Of a stretch of DNA of 57,837 nt, positions 50,228-57,837 are shown piece after piece; positions within the stretch are counted from its first letter, which is position 1; each line of letters begins with the position of its first letter. The stretch is from an uncultured virus (IMG/VR IMGVR_UViG_3300044557_000566) (Duplodnaviria > Heunggongvirae > Uroviricota > Caudoviricetes). The stretch lies in the IMG/VR virus record IMGVR_UViG_3300044557_000566. One strand, given 5' to 3'. The notes beneath the pieces are model-generated. The model saw nothing but the letters and a program-made list of their open reading frames with translations, was not told the DNA's origin and searched no databases. The position numbers were made by a program, and so were the translations under genes.

Positions 50228-51581
50228 TGGCTAACGCAGGGGTCATGGGCATAGCACCATTGAGAATCTTTTCCATTCTTACGGATAGCGACCTGCTAGG
50301 CCATGTGAGCGCCTCGAACATCCTGAACAGGGGGCCAGGATCAGCATTATACGCGCCGGCCTCACCGTTCACGATGTGATCGAAGATAGCAGCGTCATCA
50401 TCTTGATCTGTGAGTAGATCATTCGCATCTACCCATGATGGAAGCATCCTGAGACCCCGCCACGTGTCAGCAGCCAACCCCATGATCTGATCTTCATCAG
50501 ACGACGTGAGATCTTGCACCTCGCGCTCATAGGAATCATGTGGTAGCCCATCTTGCGACCATGCTTCTGGTATCACGCCTGTCGTAATGAGCTGCATGAG
50601 GTCATCGAGGAGGCCGGAGGCTATACGATCGGATAAGATGGTGTCTGAGTCCCAATCCCTATCCACGATCCACCATGACAGCTCTGATGCGAGTCTTGCC
50701 GCACCCACGTGTTCTTGAGATCTCGCCCATAATCTAGACGTCCAATCGGCTACTCCGCCTGCCAGGGTTGAGACGACCCTACCAGCAATCCTGTTATTGG
50801 GTCTTCCTCCCAATAACGCCACAACCCTCCTGTACGGCAGCCATTGCCCCCACGACATGCCGGCAGCATCAAGATCATCAGTCCAATCAGACCACGATCC
50901 GGGGAGGTTCATGTGGAGGTCAGTCGCCTTCAGTCGCCCGTACACGTCGACTGACGAGGCGTCTATCACGTCCATATCATCGGCTGACGGTGAGACCATG
51001 TTACTCGACCTCCTAATGATCTCATCTATGGTGGTCTCATCCTCATCGCCATAAATCTTCTCGAGACGATGCAGTTCGAGATCCTCGGCCACCCTCACGA
51101 GGAAGAATGCCGCCCTGCTCGGATCGAGATTCCAAAGATCGCGGAATGATTCCTTAAAGTGCTCCTCATCATCAGGCGTCCACATGGACGGATCAACGTC
51201 ATGAACGATCCTGATGGCATTCCACCAGCTCAGACCCGGCCCATCAATTGGTGACGCGCCGTCGAATATCCTCATTGACCTGTCCATGCAGAACACGTCA
51301 TGGGTGTCAGCCCACTGGTAAAGACAAATTGGAGAGGGGACCCTATAATCCACCTTCTCATCATCAGCATAAACAGAACGTACAGTCATGGTCCTCGGAT
51401 CCATGCCGACAACAATTGGAGTCGACGCGGTGAACCCACCCGCAAGCTCGAACGCTCTCCTCGCATTCACCAATCCAACCATGATCGTCCTCCAAAGATT
51501 CCATAAATCACATAATCTATACTTATTGTAATCAACAGTGGATGCGATTGCAATATTCCCCGTTGCTAGCTCATTGCCCAT
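50187..51581 (-). CDS. Hypothetical protein
   Basis: 464-aa Trp/Asp-rich ORF; start may be internal (MVGLV). Confidence 0.7.
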   Translation of the reverse strand: MGNELATGNIAIASTVDYNKYRLCDLWNLWRTIMVGLVNARRAFELAGGFTASTPIVVGMDPRTMTVRSVYADDEKVDYRVPSPICLYQWADTHDVFCMDRSMRIFDGASPIDGPGLSWWNAIRIVHDVDPSMWTPDDEEHFKESFRDLWNLDPSRAAFFLVRVAEDLELHRLEKIYGDEDETTIDEIIRRSSNMVSPSADDMDVIDASSVDVYGRLKATDLHMNLPGSWSDWTDDLDAAGMSWGQWLPYRRVVALLGGRPNNRIAGRVVSTLAGGVADWTSRLWARSQEHVGAARLASELSWWIVDRDWDSDTILSDRIASGLLDDLMQLITTGVIPEAWSQDGLPHDSYEREVQDLTSSDEDQIMGLAADTWRGLRMLPSWVDANDLLTDQDDDAAIFDHIVNGEAGAYNADPGPLFRMFEALTWPSRSLSVRMEKILNGAMPMTPALANDLNDGNDDVGHD

Positions 51582-51652
51582 CCAAATAACCGGCAGTTAC
51601 CACATCATAGGATTTGCATTACCGGCGACTATACGGGTAATATGGTCTTCAC

Positions 51653-52171
51653 GTGTTTGTTAACGAAGGTCTTATCAGGAAGGAAGATCACATCATGGCG
51701 CATCATGGTAACAGTAATCAGTATGGAAGAGCAATCGTAGGCGTGCTAGTGGCTGCTGGCATATCAACCGTGCTCGCAGGAATTGGATGGAGCATCACTA
51801 AGATCATTGACGGGAAGTACGCGGCGCTTGACGGTGGTCTCACCCACGGGAGCGAAGACGACTGGTATGAGGACGTGCAAGATGATGCGGGGTACGATTA
51901 CTGGGTGACCATGTGGAATGAGATCAACAAGCGCTTGCTGAGCGATAAGATCTTTCCAATCGACCTCATGTTAAGAAATGGTGGACAGTCACGCGAGCTG
52001 ACCCATCATCTGCTCGACACGTATTACGAGAGTGGCCATGAGGACAATATGGAATGGTTGATCCTCCATGAGGATGAGATCGTACGATTCCTGAATGACA
52101 TCAAACCGGATGGGAGCATCGCTTTTGATCCAGAGCACAAAATGGTCATTAGGAGCAATGGGGGCCGCTAG
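51653..52171 (+). CDS. Hypothetical protein with N-terminal TM
   Basis: Likely start MAHHG after an AGGAAG RBS. Confidence 0.65.
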   Translation: MFVNEGLIRKEDHIMAHHGNSNQYGRAIVGVLVAAGISTVLAGIGWSITKIIDGKYAALDGGLTHGSEDDWYEDVQDDAGYDYWVTMWNEINKRLLSDKIFPIDLMLRNGGQSRELTHHLLDTYYESGHEDNMEWLILHEDEIVRFLNDIKPDGSIAFDPEHKMVIRSNGGR

Positions 52172-52274
52172 GGGATTGCTAGAGAAGCTCAAATAACCTA
52201 GATCAGAACATATCTTGCCCATGTAAGATGAGTCAGCAGTCTCATGGGAGAATCGACGAATAGGCCAGCCCAGG

Positions 52275-53555
52275 ATGATCTTGGGCTGGTTGGAAAGGGT
52301 AGACGCTATGAGCGCCAGTCAACAGGAAGAAATCAATCCGCATGAGAGTCTGGTCAATGACGCGGAGGGCGCGTACGGGCAGTGGAATTCGATCCTTGGT
52401 CACGTGATCCTCACGCAAGATGAGGTCATGAGCCCAATACAGGACACGATCCGCGGCGTCAGGTTCAAGGGTGAGGAGCCCCGCGCGAAGCACACTGACG
52501 GCACGATGAATGATCTCCTAGACGAGTATTACAGGAGACGGCGCAATGCCGAGGATAAGATACGATTCCTCAGCCACACCTTCTTTGAAGATTCCGGGAT
52601 GCTTGACGAGAGGGTGTCATACTCGCCCGTAAGGATGATTGGATGGTGGGTGAAGAACCTATCCGATGAGATCGACTGGATACTTGCTAATGGAGGAACG
52701 CTGGAAGATCCGTACGACCAGTCGTCGTTCTATGATCCGAACAAGATACCCCCAGCGTTCACTGATCGTGACCTCACCACCGAGGGCATTCGCAAGATCT
52801 GTGGGTCTGCTGTCATCCTACAGGGTAGAACACCGTCTGACGTTGGCTACCTGCAATCGAAGATCGATGAGGAGGTTGAGAAGAATGAGCTTCTATCAGG
52901 GCGTACTTTCACCACGCGCGAGCGTACGGATGCAACCGTGCAAGCAATCAGGCACATGCTCACTAGACACCGCACTGTTGACACGGTTCTTGGTATAGAT
53001 CTTGAGACCACTGGACTCAAGCCGTCGAGGGCTTGGGTCATCAACTCGGGCTGGCTGTACACTGACCTGCATGATCCAACTGGAAGGCTCTATGGCGGGG
53101 AGAGGAGATCATACGGCGTGTCAAAGACGAGGATGATGCTTGGGAATCCCACCGAGAACATCAGCGGTATCACGACGGGGGAACTTGATGGGCTCAAGCC
53201 GCTCGAGCTTGACCCGTGCATGCAAGATGAGATACTAGACGCCCTTACCGGGGGCGTACCGTTCGTTGCTCACTCCGCCGGATTCGAGGACTCGTTCTTC
53301 AAGCAGAACATTGACGGGTATGCTGAGGCAAAGCGCGACGGGCTTGTCAAGATCATTGACTCTAGGAAGATCAGTCAATGGCTAGATGATTATGACGGTA
53401 AGAGGGGGAATCATCTCGAACAGTACGCCAGGCACTGGAATGCGTTAGACCCAGAACTGGATAGGGAGCGTCACCTTGGTCTTGAGGATTCGGAGATCAT
53501 GCTCAGGGCCATGGGTCGCCACTTAAGGTCAATAACACCACAAGATGAGAAGTAG
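52275..53555 (+). CDS. DEDDh 3'-5' exonuclease with N-terminal extension
   Basis: IDLETTG, ISGIT, VAHSAGFED, IDS and HLGLEDS. Confidence 0.85.
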   Translation: MILGWLERVDAMSASQQEEINPHESLVNDAEGAYGQWNSILGHVILTQDEVMSPIQDTIRGVRFKGEEPRAKHTDGTMNDLLDEYYRRRRNAEDKIRFLSHTFFEDSGMLDERVSYSPVRMIGWWVKNLSDEIDWILANGGTLEDPYDQSSFYDPNKIPPAFTDRDLTTEGIRKICGSAVILQGRTPSDVGYLQSKIDEEVEKNELLSGRTFTTRERTDATVQAIRHMLTRHRTVDTVLGIDLETTGLKPSRAWVINSGWLYTDLHDPTGRLYGGERRSYGVSKTRMMLGNPTENISGITTGELDGLKPLELDPCMQDEILDALTGGVPFVAHSAGFEDSFFKQNIDGYAEAKRDGLVKIIDSRKISQWLDDYDGKRGNHLEQYARHWNALDPELDRERHLGLEDSEIMLRAMGRHLRSITPQDEK

Positions 53556-53630
53556 AAGCAATATGGGAGTTGTAATGATGGTGTAGAAGCATTCTACTTG
53601 AAATGCGAGGAATGAAGGGAAGATGGAATC

Positions 53631-55964
53631 ATGAGAGACAATGATGCTACTAGCCGGGAGAAGAGCAAGTTCATCGAGTCCATCATAGCCGAATGGCAGA
53701 GGAGTAACCCAGCAGAGAATCTTGAGGATCACGACATCCCCCTGCTCGTGTCAAGGCTACTGGTCGAGGCGTGCACTGACATTGTTCCTCAGATCATGCC
53801 CAACGATGCACCGGCAGATGAAAGCGCGTCTAGCGTCATCCACTGGCTGTCTGAGAAGGAGAATCCTATCGTCGGCATACGCGGGACCGCCTATTCCGGT
53901 AGGCGGGTGGTCGTTGGAATCATAGCATGGAGGTGCTTGCACGACGATCGTGTACCACGATACCTGATGGGCTGCCTCATGAGGACGCTGAGGCCAATCG
54001 TGTACAGTGACCCCATGTCAAGGGAGGCCATCGCGTGGCGGATCTGGCAGAGGGATTACGCCTTCGAAACGGTAGACCAGATCATCATCCACGTGAGGGG
54101 TGGAAGATTCGTTGAGGATCTCCTCAGGGGCCCACGCCTCCTCGCCACCCCAATCATCGTTGAGGAGGAGACTGATGGGAATATAGAAACGATCCCCACA
54201 GCTACCCCATTCATAAGCTTGTGCAGTGAGTACACCTGGGGCTCTGTCAGCATAGCCATCAAGCCCAGGAGGAACATTAAAGACGTGGCCAACCTCATCT
54301 GGAGTGAGGCCATCGCCCCTAACGGGGAGAAGTACAGGAAGACTTACGGGTGGATCCCAACGAGGGCGGTCGTACGGGAGGCTGCAAGGATAGAATCCCT
54401 GACCGTAGATGGGAACATTGAAGACTATTGCACTAGTAGAGTCTTAACCATTCTTCACTCTGCCATGGACAAGTGGTTCACCCCGGGCTCTGGCCATTCT
54501 AAGCTCAGTGTCGGTGATCTTAGGAGTATAGCCCTCAAGGCATATGTGATACCAGAGATCAAAGATCCATCAGCAGGGCTCGTCCTGAGCGGGTATGACG
54601 AGAAGAATGACGACCCTCCTAGGCCATCAAGACCGTCACCAGCGAATATCCCAAACCACGATCCAGCACATGATCCTGACAAGAACGATCATTCCCACAC
54701 GACCGGCCCAGGGCGCTATGGAGATGGGCGATCCCACGTCAGGGGGTCAGCTAATGGTAAGACGCCAGGTGCAAGGGGTGGCCTGGACGGTGTCAGCAAT
54801 GGTGGTGGCGCTTATAATCAGTATGATAATAAAACCCTCATCAAAATGCTGAATGCCGCATTGAAGAGCCCTGAAGATCATATTATGAATGATAGAATCC
54901 AGAACATCCTAAGCCAGCTGTCCTCGAACAAGAAGAGTGGCAGGGTGGATACCGAGACTGAGTCTGAGGAGGAGTCAAGGGATGATGACGCTGCGAGGTT
55001 CAAGTTCACGGACCGCGCTGATCTGCTCAACCAGCTGGAGGATCGCATCATAGGACAAGATGAAGCCCTCAAGCGCGTCGTGAGGCCGATCATGATGAGG
55101 AGGGCTGGTATTCGTGATCATGACAGGCCGATCGCCGGTCTACTCCTGGCGGGACCGTCGGGCGTAGGTAAGACGGAAACAGCCCTCGCCCTCGCGGATG
55201 TGGTATACGGGTCAGAGGATAGCCTCATCCGAATTGACTGTTCTAGCATGAAGAACGGCGAGATGTCCGTGTCATCACTCCTTGGATCTGGCAACGGGTA
55301 CGTTGGGTCTAATCAGGGTGGGCGGCTCACGAACTGGGTGCGTGATCATAAGGCTGGGGTCATCGTGTTCGATGAGATCGAGAAGGCAAGCCCGGAGATA
55401 TGGGATGCTGTACTCCTGCCAATGCTAGACTATGGAAAGATCACTGACGCTTCCAAGGGAACCCGCGATTGTTCTAACTGCATCATCATACTCACAAGCA
55501 ACATCGGTACGGGCGGCATCGGTAAGAACGGGATGAGGAGCGTTGGATTCGGTGGATTAGAATCCAGCATTGATGACGAGATGAAGATCCTCGAGAATGA
55601 CGTGAGGAATGCCGTGGGTAAGACGTTCCGTCCAGAGCTTGTCGGCAGGTTGACTGACGTGATCGTGTACCGTCCACTCTCTAATGAAGACTACGCGAAG
55701 ATCTTCATGGTCCAGTGGGTGAATAGGGCCGAGCAGTTGAATGGTCTCAACGTGCATGTCGATATTGACGATACCGTCCCCAGGTGGTTCGCATCCCACT
55801 GCCGTGAGGACGATCATGGAGTCAGGGTGCTCGGCAAGATGATCAACGATAAGATCATTGACCCGCTCACTGACATGATCGTGGGGACCGAGGAGCCGTT
55901 AGACGTCACCGTGTCGATTAGCGCTAATGGCGAGGTCAGCATTGAGGATAATCCAGACTTCTGA
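53631..55964 (+). CDS. ClpA/C-like AAA+ ATPase with intact second ATPase domain and degenerate N-terminal half
   Basis: IIGQDEA, GPSGVGKTETA, GYVG pore loop, FDEIEKA, LTSNIG, VGF loop and FRPELVGRL. Confidence 0.85.
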   Translation: MRDNDATSREKSKFIESIIAEWQRSNPAENLEDHDIPLLVSRLLVEACTDIVPQIMPNDAPADESASSVIHWLSEKENPIVGIRGTAYSGRRVVVGIIAWRCLHDDRVPRYLMGCLMRTLRPIVYSDPMSREAIAWRIWQRDYAFETVDQIIIHVRGGRFVEDLLRGPRLLATPIIVEEETDGNIETIPTATPFISLCSEYTWGSVSIAIKPRRNIKDVANLIWSEAIAPNGEKYRKTYGWIPTRAVVREAARIESLTVDGNIEDYCTSRVLTILHSAMDKWFTPGSGHSKLSVGDLRSIALKAYVIPEIKDPSAGLVLSGYDEKNDDPPRPSRPSPANIPNHDPAHDPDKNDHSHTTGPGRYGDGRSHVRGSANGKTPGARGGLDGVSNGGGAYNQYDNKTLIKMLNAALKSPEDHIMNDRIQNILSQLSSNKKSGRVDTETESEEESRDDDAARFKFTDRADLLNQLEDRIIGQDEALKRVVRPIMMRRAGIRDHDRPIAGLLLAGPSGVGKTETALALADVVYGSEDSLIRIDCSSMKNGEMSVSSLLGSGNGYVGSNQGGRLTNWVRDHKAGVIVFDEIEKASPEIWDAVLLPMLDYGKITDASKGTRDCSNCIIILTSNIGTGGIGKNGMRSVGFGGLESSIDDEMKILENDVRNAVGKTFRPELVGRLTDVIVYRPLSNEDYAKIFMVQWVNRAEQLNGLNVHVDIDDTVPRWFASHCREDDHGVRVLGKMINDKIIDPLTDMIVGTEEPLDVTVSISANGEVSIEDNPDF

Positions 55965-56017
55965 TCAATAGTGATTCCTACCGGCATGTCTTGCACTCGA
56001 TCCTGTACTCAAGATCA

Positions 56018-56066
56018 TTATCCCACGTTTATGCGGTGCTCATCTCACGTGTTATAATGGAATCGT
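56018..56066 (+). promoter_or_regulatory. Degenerate CRISPR-like repeat joined to an extended -10 promoter
   Basis: ttatcccacgtttatgcggtgctcatctcacgtgttataatggaatcgt aligns with the minus strand of 35405-35457. Confidence 0.6.
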
Positions 56067-56083
56067 AAGCGAGTGTTACCATC

Positions 56084-56530
56084 ATGGTAACCCATCGGAA
56101 AGGAATCGTCATGTCCAAGCAGGTCTTCAAGTTGAATCACGCGGGAGTGAATTACGGAGTGGAATCAAAGGTGTACAGGGTTGATAGGAATAGCCTGGAG
56201 GGTTTAGTCAATCTCATCATTGATAGCCTCGATACCTCCCCATTCAATCCACGGCAGATGGAGTTCGAATCGTCCGTGTACAGTCTGGTGGTCATGTACT
56301 CGGAACAACTTGCTGCTGCTTCCGCTAATGACGAAGATGTTGTTTGGATTGACCCCCGGACGTTATCTATAGACATCGTCCATCGGTACGTCGCCAAGAA
56401 TAATTTTGTTGATTATGGATCCAAGAGGGATGACGCAGCATGGCTGTCTGCTTGGAATCAACACTGCAGGGAAGCATTGCCGTCAATCGTGGTCGCCTAT
56501 GAGTACAACCTAGATCATAACAACGATTAG
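56084..56530 (+). CDS. Hypothetical protein
   Basis: Likely start MSKQV after an AAAGGA RBS. Confidence 0.7.
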   Translation: MVTHRKGIVMSKQVFKLNHAGVNYGVESKVYRVDRNSLEGLVNLIIDSLDTSPFNPRQMEFESSVYSLVVMYSEQLAAASANDEDVVWIDPRTLSIDIVHRYVAKNNFVDYGSKRDDAAWLSAWNQHCREALPSIVVAYEYNLDHNND

Positions 56531-56557
56531 GGATGAACCCCGCATAGATGAAAATAT
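56530..56557. repeat. Solitary degenerate CRISPR-like repeat (variant type)
   Basis: gggatgaaccccgcatagatgaaaatat versus gggatgaacccccgcataaacggggagtac at 35428. Confidence 0.6.
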
Positions 56558-56610
56558 GATATCATGGCATCATGGAAGCATACTGATAATCCACAGGAAA
56601 GAAACTCATC

Positions 56611-57180
56611 ATGGAACTCATACCATGCATTCAGAACATGTTCACCATCAGTCATGGGAACCAGTATATGGCAGCGGGAATCATCGCCTGCGCGATATTC
56701 ATCGTCCTCATTGTGGTTGTTCTTATCGTCATGCATGCACGAGGCAAAAGCGCCAACATCATCAACGGTATCGCCTTCATCCTCGGATCCATCAGTGCCA
56801 TCATCATGATTGCATTGATGTTTCAGTCATCATGGATAAGTCCAGCAGCAGACGTGGCGTGGAACGACTACACCAATGCAATAATCACGAAGAACATCGA
56901 TAAGATAGAACGATCCTACGGCATCACCGATCTTGAGTTCAATGGCGGCAACAGCAAGGACATACTTCTGACCAGTTATAACTTCGATATGAACAAGCTC
57001 TCCGATAAGGACAAGGAAATCACCAAGGCCTACCGTGATAATGAGCGTAAGGCCGGAGTCCAGATGCAGACCATCACCTTCACACAGGACGGTAAGAGCT
57101 ACTCGGGAACCATCAAGGAGAACCTCGGTACCATCACCATATACCGGGACGGCACCATGATATCACCTATACGGCAATAA
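56611..57180 (+). CDS. Membrane protein (2 TM plus extracellular domain)
   Basis: 189-aa ORF with AGGAAAG RBS. Confidence 0.7.
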   Translation: MELIPCIQNMFTISHGNQYMAAGIIACAIFIVLIVVVLIVMHARGKSANIINGIAFILGSISAIIMIALMFQSSWISPAADVAWNDYTNAIITKNIDKIERSYGITDLEFNGGNSKDILLTSYNFDMNKLSDKDKEITKAYRDNERKAGVQMQTITFTQDGKSYSGTIKENLGTITIYRDGTMISPIRQ

Positions 57181-57301
57181 ACAGACCGCTCATGCCAGTC
57201 CATGTTTGCCGGCCGCCACGTTTCGACCATATGAGTGCAAACACAGTTCATGATACATCATGATGATAAGTCAAACCCACAATGACCTGGCCAGCCCCTA
57301 T

Positions 57302-57328
57302 GATGAACCTGCAGAAATCGTGAAATAC
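57302..57328. repeat. Highly degenerate CRISPR-like repeat (variant type)
   Basis: gatgaacctgcagaaatcgtgaaatac versus aatgaaccccgcataaacgtggaatac at 35365. Confidence 0.4.
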
Positions 57329-57440
57329 AGCGGTAATCCTCCCTCACACATACCACATGGATAACTGATGTCGTCCACATCATTGTCGGCAAATCCTCGA
57401 TATCATCCCCAGGATGACAATACCAGGTCAATCATCAGCA

Positions 57441-57837
57441 GGTTCAACCCCGCAATGCGGGGAATACTTTGACAACCCTAGGCTAAGCCAACAAGCGTCT
57501 TGGGTTCAACCCCGCAATGCGGGGAATACTCCACATTGTCAACAATTTTTGTCCATCTGTAGTAGGTTCAACCCCGCAATGCGGGGAATACCATCGTTCA
57601 TAATTCCTCCTAGAATGCCATGCTCGGGTTCAACCCCGCAATGCGGGGAATACAGATCATACTCGTATGATCATACAAGAAGGAGATAGGTTCAACCCCG
57701 CAATGCGGGGAATACCAGCTGGTTCTCAATTCCTCGTCTATATAGATTCAGGTTCAACCCCGCAATGCGGGGAATACGAATGTATCATCGTATGCTACAT
57801 CTGTATCATCAGGGTTCAACCCCGCAATGCGGGGAAT
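57441..57837 (-). CRISPR. Type I-E-like CRISPR array, 7 repeats and 6 spacers visible, cut by the window end
   Basis: Identical 27-nt ggttcaaccccgcaatgcggggaatac at 57441, 57503, 57565, 57627, 57689, 57751 and 57813 (last truncated); period 62; six unique 35-nt spacers. The reverse complement GTATTCCCCGCATTGCGGGGTTGAACC has the type I-E hairpin layout; strand is inferred from that. Confidence 0.97.

Noticed and set aside
52275..53555. DEDDh exonuclease as a Cas2-DEDDh adaptation protein
   Set aside because: The N-terminal region is too long and shows no Cas2 features, and no cas1 is nearby.
57414..57689. 91-aa ORF with repeated GSTPQCGEY
   Set aside because: It is a translation of the CRISPR repeats.
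57468..57812. Self-targeting by array spacers
   Set aside because: By eye only short matches were found (for example cacattgtcaac near 8342), consistent with chance. A proper alignment was not possible.

Overview
A 57.8 kb piece of a large actinobacterial mobile element, either a jumbo phage or a megaplasmid. No capsid, tail, conjugation, integrase or cas genes are recognisable in the window, so the two cannot be separated. The host assignment (Actinomycetota, possibly Bifidobacteriaceae-like) is an inference from tandem clpP1/clpP2, class Ib nrdE/I/F, VKOR and a DivIVA domain. Most genes run on the minus strand up to about 51.6 kb, then switch to plus. Phage-type cargo includes rIIA/rIIB, dNMP kinase, a kinase-RNA ligase fusion, a HAD phosphatase, an SF2 helicase and a DEDDh exonuclease. 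Host-like cargo includes two LemA genes, thioredoxin, PTH2, YqeY, HU, an ABC exporter, ClpP1/P2 and a Clp ATPase. A Doc toxin has a small unannotated partner gene. The window ends inside a type I-E-like CRISPR array (7 repeats, period 62). The most unusual observations are: (1) CRISPR-repeat-like units dispersed outside the array, including a two-repeat mini-array whose spacer is a promoter sequence resembling other promoters in the element; (2) two long repeat families arranged as nested inverted pairs around an RNA-repair cassette and a toxin-antitoxin cassette; (3) a shared N-terminal C-x-A...C-P...H tag on three neighbouring unrelated proteins; (4) an element-encoded Clp protease whose ClpP2 has lost both catalytic Ser and Asp; (5) an AT-rich island in which two genes are each split by a single in-frame stop. 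All annotations come from reading motifs by eye; no searches were run.
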